A DNA stretch of 64,000 nucleotides from Octopus vulgaris (Eukaryota), in contig OX597814.1 of NCBI GenBank assembly GCA_951406725.2, forward strand, positions 89,528,001 to 89,592,000, given 5' to 3'. Below, piece by piece: positions 31,288 to 43,654 of this stretch. The translations under genes were made by a program, and so were the position numbers. The number at the start of each line of letters is the position of its first letter. The stretch's first letter is position 1. Below the pieces are notes generated by a model. That model did no database searches. It worked only from the letters and a program-made list of their open reading frames with translations, and had not been told where the DNA came from.

Positions 31288-31752
31288 CACACACACACTC
31301 ACATACACATACGCACGTACACACACATATACACACACACACGTACACACACATATGTATGTATGTATGTATGTATGTATATATATATATATGTATATAT
31401 ATGTATACTGTGTGTGTGTGAGAGAGAGAGAGAGAGATAGAAAGAGAGAGGCAGAGAAAAAGAAAGTGAGATAGGCATATATAGAGTTCAGCATCACGAG
31501 AAGACTATTTCGTTTACAGAGACTGTGTAAAGCGGTCGTGATGCAATATAAGTATCGTGTTCTGCCGTGTGGTTGTAAAATGAAATAGCATACGAAAATG
31601 TGTCGCAATCTCTTCGAAATGTTATCTTAGCAGCAGGGAACGGAAGTCGAAAGACTGCATATATATAAATAAGCAATGAAAATTGCATAAGACAACGTAG
31701 AATATAAATATTCTGTACATGAATATATATTTAGCAAATTGAAATCCCATAT

Positions 31753-31801
<49 letters not shown>

Positions 31802-31874
31802 GTATGTAATTGGATAGTGAAAGTCAAGGAAGATAATAAATACCGACAATGAGATATATATATATATACATTAG

Positions 31875-31928
<54 letters not shown>

Positions 31929-32098
31929 GCGTGCACACACACATGCGCACGCACGTCGTTAGTAGACATGAGTCTCATAAGGATTCTGAATATTTGTTTA
32001 AAGTGTCTGAATGTCTGCCTGACTGTCTCTTTCAATGTGTATCGTTCTCTGTCTGTCTATATATATTTTATTCACATATATATTTACACACATAGTGT

Positions 32099-32129
<31 letters not shown>

Positions 32130-32999
32130 TATATATACGCACATACATACATATATATATATATATATACAAATCGGACCAAAGCAAATATGCTATTTTT
32201 TATTTATAAATATTTCCACACACACACACACATTTCCATATACATATATACAGGCGTTTATATCATTCAACTTGCGAGTTATTTGTGTGAAAATAAGCAA
32301 TTTTGTACGTTGTCTCGTTCTGGGATCCTTAACAATTACAATTACAAAGAATTGTGTTTACAAATGCAAAAAGATGATTAATCATGAGACTGAATTTAAT
32401 ATAAGGAACAAAAGTAGTTTAAAAAAAAAAATCCTCAAAAGTAATAGTGAAGATTTCAGAGTTAGAGTTACAGACATATTTCGTGGCATATTTCCTTCAG
32501 AAATTCTCTTCCCTGTATATAACAACACTTTATGTCTTTGTATTTACGAGATTATTGTTGTTGCTGTTGCTAACTCACTGGCAGGTCAAATACGAACTGT
32601 AGTCCAGCCATTCCCGTCAAGACTTTGCATGTAATCCAGCTTCCATCATCCAGAATCAGATTGCACATTCAATAGTCTTTTCTTTTAAGGTGTGACGTGA
32701 ATTCATGGACATTTAGCTGTTGTTTCTTGCAGTTCTCTTGGTTCATCATCAGTTGTGCACGAAGCTGATCGCGTACTATCCTACTGATGCCACTCACAAC
32801 ATGTAGCAATTTCGAATTTTTCTAATTGTTTTGGCAGAAACAGAATTCGTCGTTTTGCTCGACTGCTGACTGAGAGCAATATATCTAGAATGCTACAGAT
32901 ATCCTACCCAATCAATTAATGCTTTATGATACAAATGGTTTCATACTCACTTTTATTAACAGTTTAGTAACAAGTTGAAGCAATGGTTTATTTACATAT

Positions 33000-34100
33000 T
33001 TTACTTGTTGTTCCCAAAGGAAGGGGCTGTGTCCATAGCCTTCGCAGGTCCTCAGATACCAGTGAAACTGATGCCGTTAATGCTCCGCTTATTCTGTTGC
33101 ATTTAGACATCTGTAGCAAAGATATAACAAGAGAAGAGATTGTCGAGGGCTGGGAAGGGTATGGAAAGTAATGCCTGGGAAGGGCAAGAAAACATTATGG
33201 GTAACGAGAATAGAAGAGATGAATGACTCGGGAGTACATGAGTGAATGAGACTCAAGATTAGGTTAGCTCTGAGGAACATAGGTCATTATGGTAGCAGTA
33301 GAGAAGAAACAGCAGGGTCCGTGAGTTAAATGCTTGAGTGTGTCTGGATGTGATTTATGTAAATCGATCTATTGGCCTTTCTTCGGATATAGCCTGGGAT
33401 ATCTGTATGCAGAAGCAGCAACAATTCAAATTTGAAAGCAATTCTTCAACGTGGGCTCCATTTGAGCTTTGTAAAGTATCAGCAAGTGATAAAGACTAAC
33501 GAATATTTTGGCTCTAAAGAGAAGAGTCAATATTTCGGATGCGATCCTTGAACTCCTCCGTGATATTAATGTGTCTCATATTGAGTAACATTCAGAGATC
33601 TAGTTGAAAGTTACGCATTCATGTAGGTGTTATCTGGTGCAAGCATGTTTTTTGATATGACTTGGACTTGTGTTTCTGTGATGCTGAAAGAGTAAAGATG
33701 GGCAAAGCACCACTTTGGGATGTGTTCAAGGTCTCTGTTAAATGGAATTATTTCAGATTTGTGTGTGTGTTATCATGGTTGCATGTAAATGATTTTTGTT
33801 AGGGAAGGTTAGGGAAGAATGAAAGATTATATCATCTGTGTAAGAATGGGTGCTGTTGGACGAGAAGGTAAGTATATCATTGATGTAGAGAGGGAAGAAT
33901 GGGTACAAAACCGAACTCTGGAGCACATCGGAGCTGATTGATTTGGGGATAGGAAGATTTCCATCAATATGCATTGAAATGAGGTGATCTGGTTGGAGGC
34001 TATCGATCCAAGAGATGGAAAATGGATAGAGTTCGTAGGCAGGTAGTTTAGATTCGCATGCAAGTAGTAGAAGGAAGCTTTATTGTTGTCTTCGTCGATA
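33000..34100 (-). mobile_element. Degenerate LINE RT (CR1/Jockey-like)
   Basis: SDVLQSSVLYPFFPLYINDIL...HSYTDD corresponds to GVPQGSVL...INDL...YADD; a related 3' fragment lies at 63380-63790. Confidence 0.75.
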
Positions 34101-35109
34101 TTATCGAAGATAGTGTTATGATGAAGTTCAAGAAAGAATACGCTGTTTCTGCTTCGGTTTCTTAGAAAACATTGGAAATTAAAAAAAAACACCAAATTGC
34201 TTTGACTGTGGAAACATTGTGTAAAATAATTACACAAAATTTCCACTGCTAAAGCAATCTAGTCGAAGACCAAGTTATTAAGGAAGTGAACTGTAAATCC
34301 CTATTTGATCTGTTTGTACCAAAATGAAATATGAGCTGTTTTTTCAAGAAACGCTCGGGCTCTGTCAGACTCGGGATTTCACTACCCTGGTTAATCAGTG
34401 GTTATGTGTGATTCTTGTTCCACAAAAACTGAAATACTGACAAATGCATAAAAAAATAAGCCAAATAGCAACGTAATGTAATGATGGCAGGGAACGAGAG
34501 ATTTCCAAATGAACAGCAACTGTAATTCCGTATACGACGCAAAATGAAACACCATTTTCATGTAAATGTGTGCCTCCCACATGGGAAATCATTTTAATCT
34601 TGTTTCTCTATGCTTATACAATTACTTCTAAACTGGTCAGCCTTTAGGCCCTGTATGTATATTTAATATTGATAATCTGTATATGAGTGAAGCTCTGTAG
34701 AATGCACGTTAGCCTTAGGATGTGTTGGAAATCTAATCAAGACACTGCAATATATGTGTTCGTAGAAGTGATCGTATGGATATGAGATTCCGTTCTTCAG
34801 GAAGTAAAGTAATTAATCCAATGCTTTGTCATTAATGATGCTAAATTCTAATGCGGAAAACAGCACACATGAATAGCGATAAGCTACTTAGCAGCTGAGT
34901 CCACTACTCGGTTTCGATTCGCTGATGTAATTTAATTTAACATCATTTACATACGAGCTAGTGTTCAAAACGACATGGATCCCACAATTGCAATATTGTA
35001 GTTTTGCTCTCCTGTGAATCTTAAACATTGTGCGCAATAAAAAGAAACAGAAATCTTTAAGAAAAAAACTCGAACATCACACAATCTTTTGACTGTTTCA
35101 AGTGTAACG

Positions 35110-35237
35110 TACGAGGTCGAGTCAGAAAGTAATGCAATTTTTATTTGCATTCCTTTTTGACTAACTCTCGTATACACTGAAGTGAGTTAAAATGTGATGC
35201 AAATAAAAACTGAATTACTTCCTGACCCACTTTCGTA
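35110..35237. mobile_element. Tiny mariner-type MITE followed by an inverted diverged copy
   Basis: tacgaggtcgagtcagaaag...ctttttgactaactctcgta, then its approximate reverse complement. Confidence 0.55.
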
Positions 35238-35825
35238 CCGGGTCATTTCTTGATCAATTGTTTTTTTTTATCTGCGTTAGATTGAGAAAATATGCCCCAT
35301 TAATATAAAGAAGATGACGTAATCGACTACACTTCTCTCCTTTAACATTATGCTTTTTAAGTAACAAATAATACTTCATAAGGCCTGCGGGTATTGTATT
35401 CTATGTGCTTCAGGGTTTAACATATATTCTAACAGTTTTTGCTTTTAATCTATTCGAGACGAAAAAACTATTTTAGGGTTGTGTTAGTTACATACGGTAT
35501 ACAAGAGCCTTGTGTGTAAGAATGAAAGTATTCATTGTACTGCAAAGCCTTTTAATGTGTGTCTCCTTTTCACACGAACTCAACATTTCAGAATTACGTG
35601 CTGAATCTCATCATCAAGTATGTAGTAGATGCGCGGCCGAAGACAAAGACTTCAGCTCACACAGAAGTTTAACCTTCCATAGAGAAGACTAAATACTCGG
35701 GAGTTGAACTAAGTATTGTAACCTAACAAAACAAAATTTCAATTTACAGCTGTACTGTTCTTTACAGTGTCGAATCTAAAGATTCCGAGAGTCCTATTTA
35801 CAACTGGGGACATTCAGACATTCAG

Positions 35826-36070
35826 TTGAGGCGCGTGGCTTAGTAGTCATGGTGTTGGACTCATGATCGTAAGATCATGGTTTCGATTCCTGGACTCGGT
35901 GACGCTTTGTGTTCTTGAGCAAAACACTTCATTTCATGTTGCCCCAGTCCACTCAGCTGGGAAAAACGAGTAATCCTACGACGGACCAGCGTCCCGTCCA
36001 GGTGGGGAATTTATACGCCATGGAAAACGGGAAACTGGGCCTTATGAGTCAGCATGACTCGAGAAGGTAA
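35826..36070 (+). mobile_element. tRNA-derived SINE family C
   Basis: gaggcgcgtggcttagtagt...ggtttcgattcc head; cttgagcaaaacact and gtcccgtccaggtgggg body/tail. Confidence 0.8.
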
Positions 36071-37900
36071 GGTTTTACATTCAGGCTAAGTGACTTACCC
36101 TCGTGAAGTGTCATAGCACAGTTATAGTTATTGGGAAGAAAACAAAGTCTCTCCGACCACGAGCCTTTAGTCTTTCAACTCTTCCACCAGATATCACATT
36201 CATATTTATGATAAAAGGGAAAATAAATATGTACGACATACATACTTCACTTTTTGCGAGCGTATAGATAATGAATAACTGAATCGATAAAGTCCAATCA
36301 AAGATGAAGTCACCTCAGTAATATGTTATAACATTATGTTTTTTCAGAGAGTCTGTAAGTGGTTGTTACCCTGGTAGAAATAGCAGCAAAATTACTCTTA
36401 AACCATATTCTACAGTCTTAACATAAAATAAATAGTGTAGTCCGAGATATTCTTTATGCACCCTTTTAAAGCCTAGCCAGGCTCATGGACCCGGTTTCCC
36501 GGTTTCTATGGCGTAACTAATAAGGATTTGCTATATATGTGATTCAGAGCAAAGAATCGAAACTCAGTCTTTAAAACAAGTTATCTACTGATTGCCTCTG
36601 TTCTTCGGCATTCACCTTTCTTTATACACATATACAATATCCATTTATTTTACTATTCTGTGATTATATTCATTTGTGAAACTTCACTGTAGATTGAAAC
36701 AATGCATTAATCAACTAACAGGCGGTAAAATAAGTATTTTTTCTTTTTCTGCTTATTCTCTTTCAATTCAATAGATGAATAGAATAATAATTAGTTGATT
36801 AATGAAGCCTTGAAGTGAATAATAATGAGATAATTACAGTGATAATTTTCTATGAATGCCCATGAGTTAGGGTGAATGTCATAAAAAAAAGCAGTTAGCT
36901 TCTGGTAAGTGAAATTTGCGATTCGGTTACATTTTAATTACCCCTCCTATATTAGTTCATTTAGTTGGCGTCACTGATATCCTAGAAAAAGAAAAAAAGG
37001 TCCCTGTTATCATGCAACAATATTGGACAACTAATAAACAGGTCGTCAGATTGTATCTTGTTACCACAAATGTGATGTCTCCTTGAACGAAATACACGAC
37101 ACTTCAATGATAAACCATCCAATATTGCAAAGATATACAAAACCGTTGAGTGAAATTACTGTAAAATTAAAGAGAGCATCCGTTGGTTTGGAATTCTGAA
37201 TTCAATCTGCCTTATACTGATATTTTATTCAGGAGAACTGAATACCTCAGGGAAATTTTGTCTGAGACACTAACGATTCTTCCAGACCATAGATTGTGAA
37301 TATGTTTTAGTGGAAAGCGGCATAGTTTGATGGGAAGCTATATATTCGCTGGAGAAAAGTAAAATTTAATACGAGTTTACATATTTGTAGCAGAAGTGTA
37401 TAGTTTGCCATAAGCTGTACATTTGTAGGTACGAGATGTTGTCACATGACCAACATTTGTTTATTGTTGCCGATAATACTTATAACATTTTCTAACATTG
37501 GACTGATGCCATTAAAATGCTTGACATAGTAGACTGCTAGCCGACTCGTACGAAAAATATTTAGTACCGATTAAATATCAACGAATCAAGTTGAATCTAC
37601 ATGATAAAAGCGTTGATGGTTCACTTATGAAGTAATATGCTGGTTACTCCCGAAATTTATCTTTACCTCATAAAAGTGATGTCTTACAAATGTTCGTGCA
37701 AGTCTGCAAACAGATACTAAGTGTAAATACTAACGGAGCGCGACTTATATGAATACCAGACCGATTCAGTTCTCCTGTACAGCAAAATATGAAACAATAG
37801 AAATAAAATGTGTATCATACTACCAAGAGTTAAAAGGTGAATGCACCCTTTGATTTGATGCATAATAGGAGAAAGTGGGTGTATTGAAGACAGCATCGCA

Positions 37901-37957
<57 letters not shown>

Positions 37958-37961
37958 TGGT

Positions 37962-38271
37962 GGAGGCGCAATGGCCCAGTGGTTAGGGCAGCGGACTCGC
38001 GGTCGTAGGATCGCGGTTTCGATTCCCAGACCGGACGCTGTGAGTGTTTATTGAACGAAAACACCTAAAGCTCCACGAAGCTGCGGCAGGGGATGATGGC
38101 GATCCCTGCAGTATTTTTTCGCCCCAACTTTCTTTCACTCTTTCTTCTGTTGGCCTACTCGCTTAGCCAGCGGGGTGGCGTCATTTGAAGGTTAAAACAA
38201 TGCGAAGCGCATTGTGACCAGCAATGTGTAGCAGCATCTGATAGCCTGGTCGGTCACGGTGATCACGGTGA
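37962..38271 (+). mobile_element. tRNA-derived SINE family B, full length
   Basis: A box tggcccagtgg, B box ggtttcgattcc, tail ending in tcacggtga repeats. Confidence 0.9.
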
Positions 38272-38531
38272 TATATATATTGACCAGTTTAGAAAGAAGA
38301 GGACGACAATCAAAGTAAAAGGTTGAACTTTACACTTCAAATCTTACAAATAAAGCCGAGGAGGTATAAGTTTCTATTTCACAGGAATTTTACAGCTCCG
38401 CAGCACCGTAAAATACTAAGTTACCACAGAGAAAACATAGCTTTCATCTCAACGTAATAATGGATCCCAAACGACTAGTTAACTTAAGAAAATACATTTT
38501 CAAAACCCCACTCTCTCTTTACATAGATAAG

Positions 38532-40946
38532 TTTCTTTATTGGCCACACAGGGCTGCACACAGATGGGACAAGTTACAAGGTAGAGCTTTTCTTTTGGGG
38601 GATGAAAAAAAGGGGGTGGCGTAGGTTTTCGATCAAGAGGGATCGTAAAAGGGAAGAAAAGATAAAAAAAATAAAAAAGGAAGAAAAAAATAGAATAAAA
38701 AATAAAAGAATAAAAGAAAAAAAAAGAAAGGGAAATGAACAAAAGAAAAGAGAAATGAAAAAAGAAGAAAAAGGGGGAAAAAGGGGAAGAGGAAAAAAAA
38801 AAAAAGGAACGATCAATAGGGATCGTGTATCACAGTGTTATGATATATGGTGTAAAGGGGAAAGCAAGTAAGGTTTATCCGTGGGAAGAAAAGCCTACGA
38901 AAAAGACCACGGTAACCTTGGTCAATATTGTTATATGTTACCACATTTGTTTGCAAGTGGGTAACCCTCTGTTTTCAATTTCTGGGTTCATAGGACTATG
39001 CTCAAGGTCGCTTCGTCATTCATACGTGCCATCCTTGCTACATTCACCCATCTTTTTTTAAAATATTCGCTTGACAAAACTTGCCTCTCTACTCTCACTT
39101 TCCTTTTCAAGTGGTACTTGAAGAAGTTGATGAGAGATTGACCAGAGAGGAAAGTGTTTGTCTCCAATCCTTTCAGACGCGTCCACCAGATACATTCTTT
39201 CGCCATAGCCACAAGGATGATGAAAATAGCTCTTCCTTCCCGTTTGAAGGAAGGAGGCGTGACAATATTGACGATAGACTCAGCTGATAAACCGACTCGT
39301 CCCACACGTGACAGCAGTTGTTCGACACAAGCCCACAGGTCGGAAATTGTTGGACACTGCACGAGTGCGTGCAGAACGGTTTCGTCGCTCTGACCGCATC
39401 TCGGGCAGGTCGGCCCCGTGTTTCTCGAGCCGTGTCTGTAGAGCTTATCCCGAACGGGGAGCGCTTCTCGGTAACACTGCCAGGCCAGTGATCTCTGGAA
39501 GTTGTCCATGGGCCCTGGCCCGAAAGTCGTCCTGAACAGGCGGGTCAGGTACTCCTCGTCGACGTCCAGGTTCGCCCCGAGCTCATCGTCGTACCTCCCC
39601 TCCACTAATCCCCTATAGAATGCTTTGGTTGTGTTGAAGTCACTCAAGGTCGACCCAGGACGGCAGAGTTGCTTGAGAGCAACGCGACACACGCGGTGCC
39701 ATTCGCCCTTCCTCGGCCTCTTTTTGATCCACGACTGCAGTTCGGTCATGGAGACGAGCTGCGGGAAAGCGTGCCTCACAAACGGCGATCACACCTGTTC
39801 ACCGTCGTCTACATAGAGCCAGAGATGTCGCAGTCTCAGCGCGTGTCTGCGCATCATCAACCACGGCATGCCCAACCCTCCTTTTAACGGGTGTTGACAG
39901 CAAATGGATCGCCTGACCATCGGGACGCATCCTTTCCACAAGAAGCGAAAGAGAATGCGTTGTAGTTTGGTGATGGTAGGGTCGGGACAAGGTACGACGG
40001 TCAGGCGGTAGTAGATGACGGACGCGATGTACGTGTTCGCCACCTCCGCCCGACCTTTTAGGGACAGTTTCCTCTCGGCCCATTGCCGAGCGAGAGTGAC
40101 CACCGTACTCGTTATCTCGTTCCAGTTCTTCTCCACTTGGAGGTCCGGACCAAACCAGACCCCGAGCAACTCAACCGGGCCGTCGGTCCAGCGTCCCACG
40201 ACGGAGGCGCTGGTGGACGGCATGGGCTTGCTTCTCCAGGTGCCTAGTCGCAAGCCCACTGACTTTTCCCGGTTGATTTTCGCTCCTGTCACCGCTTCGT
40301 AGTTTTTCAGTGTCTCGCCGACCTGCTCGATGTGCTCGTGGCTAGACACTATGACGGTGACGTCGTCCGCGTATGCAGACACGCTCGTCCCGCATCCCAG
40401 TTCTCGCGGGATGCCCCTCAAAGTTGCCAGCTTCCGCAATAATGGCTCGAGAGTCAATACGTATAGAAGCGACGAGAGGGGGCATCCCTGACGGACCGAA
40501 CGTGCGATGTCGAAGGTTCTCGATAGATGTCCATTCACGCGAATTACCGAACGGATGCCTCTGTACAAAGCGGCTATCCAGCCGCTCTGAGGACCGCCTC
40601 CAAGTATCGATGGTCTACCCTATCGAAAGCTTTCGATTGATCCAAATTGATCAGCGCCCCACCCATGCCAGGTTCGTTAACTACCCTGTCTATGATATAG
40701 CGCATCAGGTGGAGGTTGTCATGGATGGTCCGGCCTGGCACGGCGCATGTTTGCGCCTTGTCGACCAGTTTCTCGATGACAAGCGCCAACCTCTTGGCTA
40801 GCACCTTGGCCAAAATTTTCAAGTCTGCATTAAGCAGAGTGATGGGCCTAAAGTTATCTATTACATTTCCCTTGTTTAGATCTTTCTTCAGCAGTGTTAC
40901 GGCTCCTCGGCTCACAAAACCAGGAATGCTCCCGTTTTGCTGCCAA
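38532..40946 (-). mobile_element. Young 5'-truncated Tx1-clade (L1 group) LINE: RT, zinc finger and 3' UTR
   Basis: FRPITLLNADLKILAK, LDQSKAFDRVDH, VRQGCPLS, SAYADD, CPRCGQSDETVLHALVQC over ORFs 40574-40946, 39789-40568 and 38988-39779; one frameshift and one TGA; GC-rich relative to flanks. Confidence 0.93.
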
Positions 40947-41138
40947 GATAGATATATAGATAGATAGATACATACATACATACATGCATACATACATGCA
41001 TGTGTGCATACATACATACTTACATACATACATATATCTATATATATATATACATATACATACATACATACATGCATACATACATGCATGTGTGCATACA
41101 TACATACTTACATACATACATATATCATATATATTATA

Positions 41139-41171
<33 letters not shown>

Positions 41172-41299
41172 CATACATACATACATAATCTAATATATGC
41201 ATATATATATAATATACATACATACATACATACATATATATATATCATATATATATATATATATATACATATACATACATACATACATATATATATATA

Positions 41300-41393
<94 letters not shown>

Positions 41394-41407
41394 TTGTATG
41401 TGTGTGT

Positions 41408-41445
<38 letters not shown>

Positions 41446-41651
41446 ACTGAATAGAATACTTGAAAGAAATAATATAAGCGAAAACAAAATATATTGAACA
41501 AAAGCACAACGAAAATAAAAACATTTTAAAGCAAACTTTACCACACCTGCTTAAATACTGACCAAAATATACCTTAAACTAAAACGACACAATACAATAA
41601 AAAATATGACTAAAAAGGAATGTGGGAGTATATTTAGGCCTCTAGATACTT

Positions 41652-41915
41652 AATGTTACATTATTTACATTATTTACAATTGTCAGATATTTGTCCTCAC
41701 AATGTTTCGGCTGATATACCTTCCGGCCATCATCAGGTATATTGGGCAAATTTCGAACCTGGGTTCTCATTCCTAAGGTATTTTTCGATGTTGTTGTTGT
41801 TGTTGTTATTATTATTATTATTATTGTTATTATTATTATTATTATTCAGGTCACTGCCTGGAATTGAACTCAGAATCTTGGGGTTAGCAGCCCACGCTCT
41901 TAACCACTACGCCAT
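41652..41915 (-). mobile_element. tRNA-headed SINE with (AAT/AAC)n spacer and 3' hammerhead motif
   Basis: A box TGGCGTAGTGG, anticodon-loop-like CTGCTAA, B box GAGTTCAATTCC; HHR core at 41698-41739; tail of tgtaaataa repeats. Confidence 0.8.
41698..41739 (-). ncRNA. Minimal type I hammerhead motif, partly decayed
   Basis: tac CTGATGA t-ggc...gcc GAAA ca TT gtg; stem III likely ACGT before CpG decay. Confidence 0.6.
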
Positions 41916-42099
41916 ATAAAACTGGGCATTGAGATTAAAGAAAATCAAAAGGTGACCTGACGAAAGTGCCATTAAAGGATTAGGGATTAGAAGCAATGAT
42001 AAAATGGTAAGGAAAACAAAAGAATAAAATATGGATCATCACAAGCTTAATTAAAATAGATATGAACATTATTATTTTAGCCTGTATAAACGAAATTAT

Positions 42100-43620
42100 A
42101 TAAACGAAATGACATATGCATCAGACAGTTGTTACAAGATATATAAGCAAACGATATGGATATAAAAAACAATATCCCAAATCAAAGAATTCCAGAGATA
42201 AGATATTCTCGCTAAATCTTAAAGACTTCTTTGGTATGAAATGCAACAAGTGGTTCCAAGAAGAAAATGTTCAACTCCAATCCCAGACGATTTTTATAAA
42301 GAACTAAGTAAAAAAAAATAATAACAAAACAGAAATCAATACAGCACCATTAGCAAAAGAAGCAGAAGAATTTTGGGAAGAAGCATGCACTGTGAGGAAT
42401 ATCACAAATGTGATTATACAATGTAACGAACGCAAACCTGAAAAATTGCTGTAGGACATGCAGATACAAGAAACAAACCATAGATTATTCAGAACAAACA
42501 ACTAGAAGTCACAACGAAATGATAAAATTTCAGACTCCTATTTTTCAGTATTTAATTGGGACACGTGTTAGTAGAAATGTTTAATAAGATCCCAAATGAA
42601 CCAGATACAACGGCTGATTAGCTTACCGAGAGGAAAACTATCTGAATACACAAGGCTAATGAAGCAGCAGGCCTTAAAAACTACAGATTTTTAACATGCT
42701 GGGTTTGTTTTTGAAATTAGTACGAATCTTGGATTAGAAAAATACACCAAAACTCCCTCGAAGACGAGAAATTTATTACGAATATTGATTTTATGTCTGA
42801 TAAAAAAAAGATAAGAGAGTTTGAACACATATAGACTAACCAATATTTAGGAATCAATGAACTAGAAAGAAGTACAAGACACACAAACGAAAGAAAAAGC
42901 TAAGGAACAATATTATAGTGGCATTAAATTAAAACTAATAATTAAAGCGGAACTAAATGTATAAAAAAAGGTAATTGGCGCCAATAGTCTAGCTATCCCA
43001 GTAATAAGCTCAGTTATTCTATATTTCAACTGGACGCTAAATGAATTAGTAAGACTAAACAGGAAAACAAGAAAAATATTGATTACATCACTCGAAATCT
43101 GATATAGAAAGTTTACAGTCATCACTAATATAAGGAAGTAGAACTAAAAAAAGAAAACAATTCTAAAAAATATCTTGTAAAAGAACAATGGAAAACTAAT
43201 ACAAATAACTGTAAGGGATGAAGAAAGCAAACAAAAAAAAATACTGTTTTCAGTCTACAAGGAAGTCAACAAGAAAAAAAAAGTGGCAAGAATGGCACAC
43301 AGTTTTGAGGAAAAAACGAACAGAAATTGCGAAAAGTTAAAAACTAAACTAAAATGTGGTTTCATGATCAATGAAGGAATTAGATATAAAATAAAAAGAC
43401 GGAAACTGAGGGATTCTGAAGGATTCTTTATTACGAAATAGGATCAAATCCTTACCACTAGAAGCTACCGGAACTATAAAAGGAAGACTAAAACATTACA
43501 TAACAGCAGAGTACATGAAGGTTGAGAAAAAACTTATCCATAATGCTTCTGGCTACTTAGTTGTTGCGAAAGGGAGAAATCTTATACTATCTTATACTGG
43601 ATTATCATACTACAGTTCTG
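42100..43620 (+). mobile_element. Highly degenerate Dong/R4-clade LINE
   Basis: EEFW, LTEGKT, KNYR, YLGINE, AELN...NSLAIPVIS...NWTLNEL..LNRKTRK, DQILTTRSY in broken frames. Confidence 0.7.
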
Positions 43621-43654
43621 AAATTCTAAAAGAAAAGAGGCGATAAAAATCTCT

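Noticed and set aside
36336-36360. Micro-exon-like tttttcag-AGAGTCT-gtaagt and other isolated splice-like signals (10640, 11100, 53138)
   Set aside because: No coherent reading frame or homology can be shown without transcript data.
37962-38035. tRNA-like heads as real tRNA genes (also 41850-41915 and 58735-58805)
   Set aside because: Imperfect cloverleaves fused to multicopy SINE bodies.
39789-39791. In-frame TGA in the Tx1 ORF as selenocysteine or readthrough
   Set aside because: Context fits a mutated Trp codon, and the copy is truncated and frameshifted.
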